NCBI GenBank assembly: GCA_050273025.1
Contig: CP158635.1
Coordinates: forward strand, 13,392,001-13,456,000
Origin: Cenococcum geophilum
Taxonomy: Eukaryota
Length of the DNA: 64,000 nt
Reading direction: 5' to 3'
Made by a program: the position numbers and the translations under genes. This document shows positions 62,601-64,000 of this stretch, in pieces. Position 1 is the first letter of the stretch, and each line of letters begins with the position of its first letter. Under the pieces are notes generated by a model that worked only from the letters and a program-made list of their open reading frames with translations, did not search any database and was not told where the DNA came from.

Positions 62601-64000
62601 GACCACGTTAGACTAGGACCTTTTAAAATTATACAGAGAATTTCACCAGTCACGTTTAAGTTAAACCTACTAGCTAAAATAAAGATCTACCCTATATAGC
62701 ATATCGCGATAATAGAACTAGCATATAGGAATGTCAAGCTACTAGTTTATAAGGCAGACACATACAGAGGTTAGGAAGAAGATAAATAGCAAGTTTTAAG
62801 GATTATTAGTTATAAGGACATTAACAATAAAACATAGTATAAGGTTAAGTAGATAGGCTATACTAAGACTACCTAGGAGCTACTAGAGAATTTAAAGAAT
62901 ACTATAGAAAAGGTATAGGAGTATCGGAAGAAAACAGGTTAGGCAACATTAATAAAGAGGAATCGCTAAAGAATAAGTCACCTAAGGGGGACCTAGAAAG
63001 AGCGACTGCCAAACTACTTAAAGTTATTTCCTTCTCTATTAGAAGAGAATCTATTCTTTTATTACTAAGTTCCTACAGACCTTATTCTATAAGCTTCTAC
63101 TCCTTAAAACAAACTTTTTTATAAACTTTCTTAAGACGAATTAGTTAAGTAGACGTAGTAAGACGAGAATTAAGAGCCCGTTGTTAAGCATTAGTAGCCT
63201 TTTTTTTAGCGTTATATAAACGATAAAGTTCCGCCAAAGTAACGGACAACTTATTATTAAGTTTTATAGTAGTAAATTAAACACAAAACCCTATAATAAA
63301 TTACTTAGGGAACTTAGAGACTACTAAGAGTTATAGGACGCGTATACTTAGCGTTAGAAACCGAGCGAATATTATAAGACGATTAAACGTTTGCTCTAGT
63401 GTACTCTAAATAAGAGGAAGGTTGCTAGGACGAAGGACTTACTAACGTAATATAAACTAACCCCTCTTTCGTACAATAAGAACACGGAGATAGTATTACT
63501 TCACTAAGTAATAGTATGGAAGAGACTATATACATATAACAAAGAGTTAAAGAAGAAGAAGGTACTTTAGGTATTATAAGTAACAATATTAACCAAATTA
63601 ATTAGACGAATATTATACCTCTAGTAAACAACTTAGAGATGCTAGGTATCTTTAAGGATAAAGATAAAGAGAAGGGAGATAGTGTTACGGACGCTTTAAG
63701 TACAATATTATAACTACTTAGAGAGGAGTTAGAGGAAGCTAGTTGGTTAATATAAGCACGGTTTAGGATAGAACCCGTAGAACTATGTAACGAGGAATGG
63801 TAAGCAGAGTTACGTAATGTAATCTATATAATCTATATAATCTGCGAGATCTATAATAAAGCGAATAGAGTAGATAAAGTAGACAGAGTAATAACTTTCT
63901 TAAGAGTATGGTTGTGTATTTAAGGACCCATAGTCCCTACCTAGATAGTTCCTTCCTTATAGTAATTCTTAGAATATAATTAGAGTTAATCTATTGGGCA
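53683..64000 (+). mobile_element. Ty3/Gypsy chromovirus B, RIP-inactivated; 3' LTR cut by the window end
   Basis: 5' LTR 53683-54107 (right boundary inferred from the terminal IR). The 3' LTR starts at 63683 after the PPT AAGATAAAGAGAAGGGAGATAG. Gag from about 54153, Zn knuckle at about 57530, protease LIDSRA (=DSGA) at about 59680, RT VYLNN (=YLDD) at about 60640, then RNase H, integrase (QTDG*TER ~62190) and chromodomain (~62780-62930). Confidence 0.95.
54699..57057 (-). mobile_element. Chimeric retroposon: 3' 1.3 kb of LINE family a fused to about 1.07 kb of unrelated 5' sequence
   Basis: TSD TTAGTAATTAAGTAT at 54684-54698 and 57058-57072. 54699-~55988 aligns with 28411-~29735. 55990-57057 has no visible LINE homology and is less RIP-mutated. 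Confidence 0.85.

Noticed and set aside
53683..63683. LTR starts exactly 10,000 bp apart, suggesting an artefact
   Set aside because: The LTRs differ by many RIP transitions and an indel, and the distance includes a 2.37-kb insertion. Treated as coincidence.
16743..64000. Starship giant transposon or centromere
   Set aside because: No DUF3435 captain or cargo genes were recognised. The AT-rich DNA is explained by nested TEs and is interrupted by an intact gene. Centromere identity cannot be judged from sequence alone.

Overview
Genomic DNA from a filamentous ascomycete, judged from short GT-AG introns with CTRAC branch sites and extensive repeat-induced point mutation (RIP). Bases 1-16.5 kb are gene-rich: a CYP58-like cytochrome P450, a GT69/CAP59-like mannosyltransferase, a tandem-RRM-like protein, an OMA1-type M48 protease and a Far1/Ste5-like RING-PH-VWA protein. 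From about 16.7 kb the window is almost entirely RIP-mutated, TpA-rich transposon DNA, apart from one intact HOL1-like MFS transporter (49.4-51.2 kb). Target-site duplications (TSDs) resolve the repeats into two nests. Nest 1 is a complete non-canonical Helitron (HLE2/FoHeli/Helentron type, 18750-48881, minus strand). It carries a satellite-filled CATCAGG-ended element, a solo LTR and a chromovirus. The chromovirus in turn carries a Tad-like LINE, a second LINE with a full-length copy of its own family inserted antisense, and a MITE. Nest 2 is a CryptonF-like gene interrupted by a second chromovirus, which carries a LINE chimera with about 1.07 kb of foreign 5' sequence. The least explained signal is a 1.1-kb repeat family (16.74-17.87 kb and 51.82-52.95 kb). 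Its four ends each carry a different long hairpin, closed by GACGC/GACTC-like stems, next to a conserved GAGCTT(ATGGGCG) box. A diverged 150-160 bp MITE family with compensatory changes in its bulged TIRs is also present. All alignments and translations were done by eye and no database was searched.
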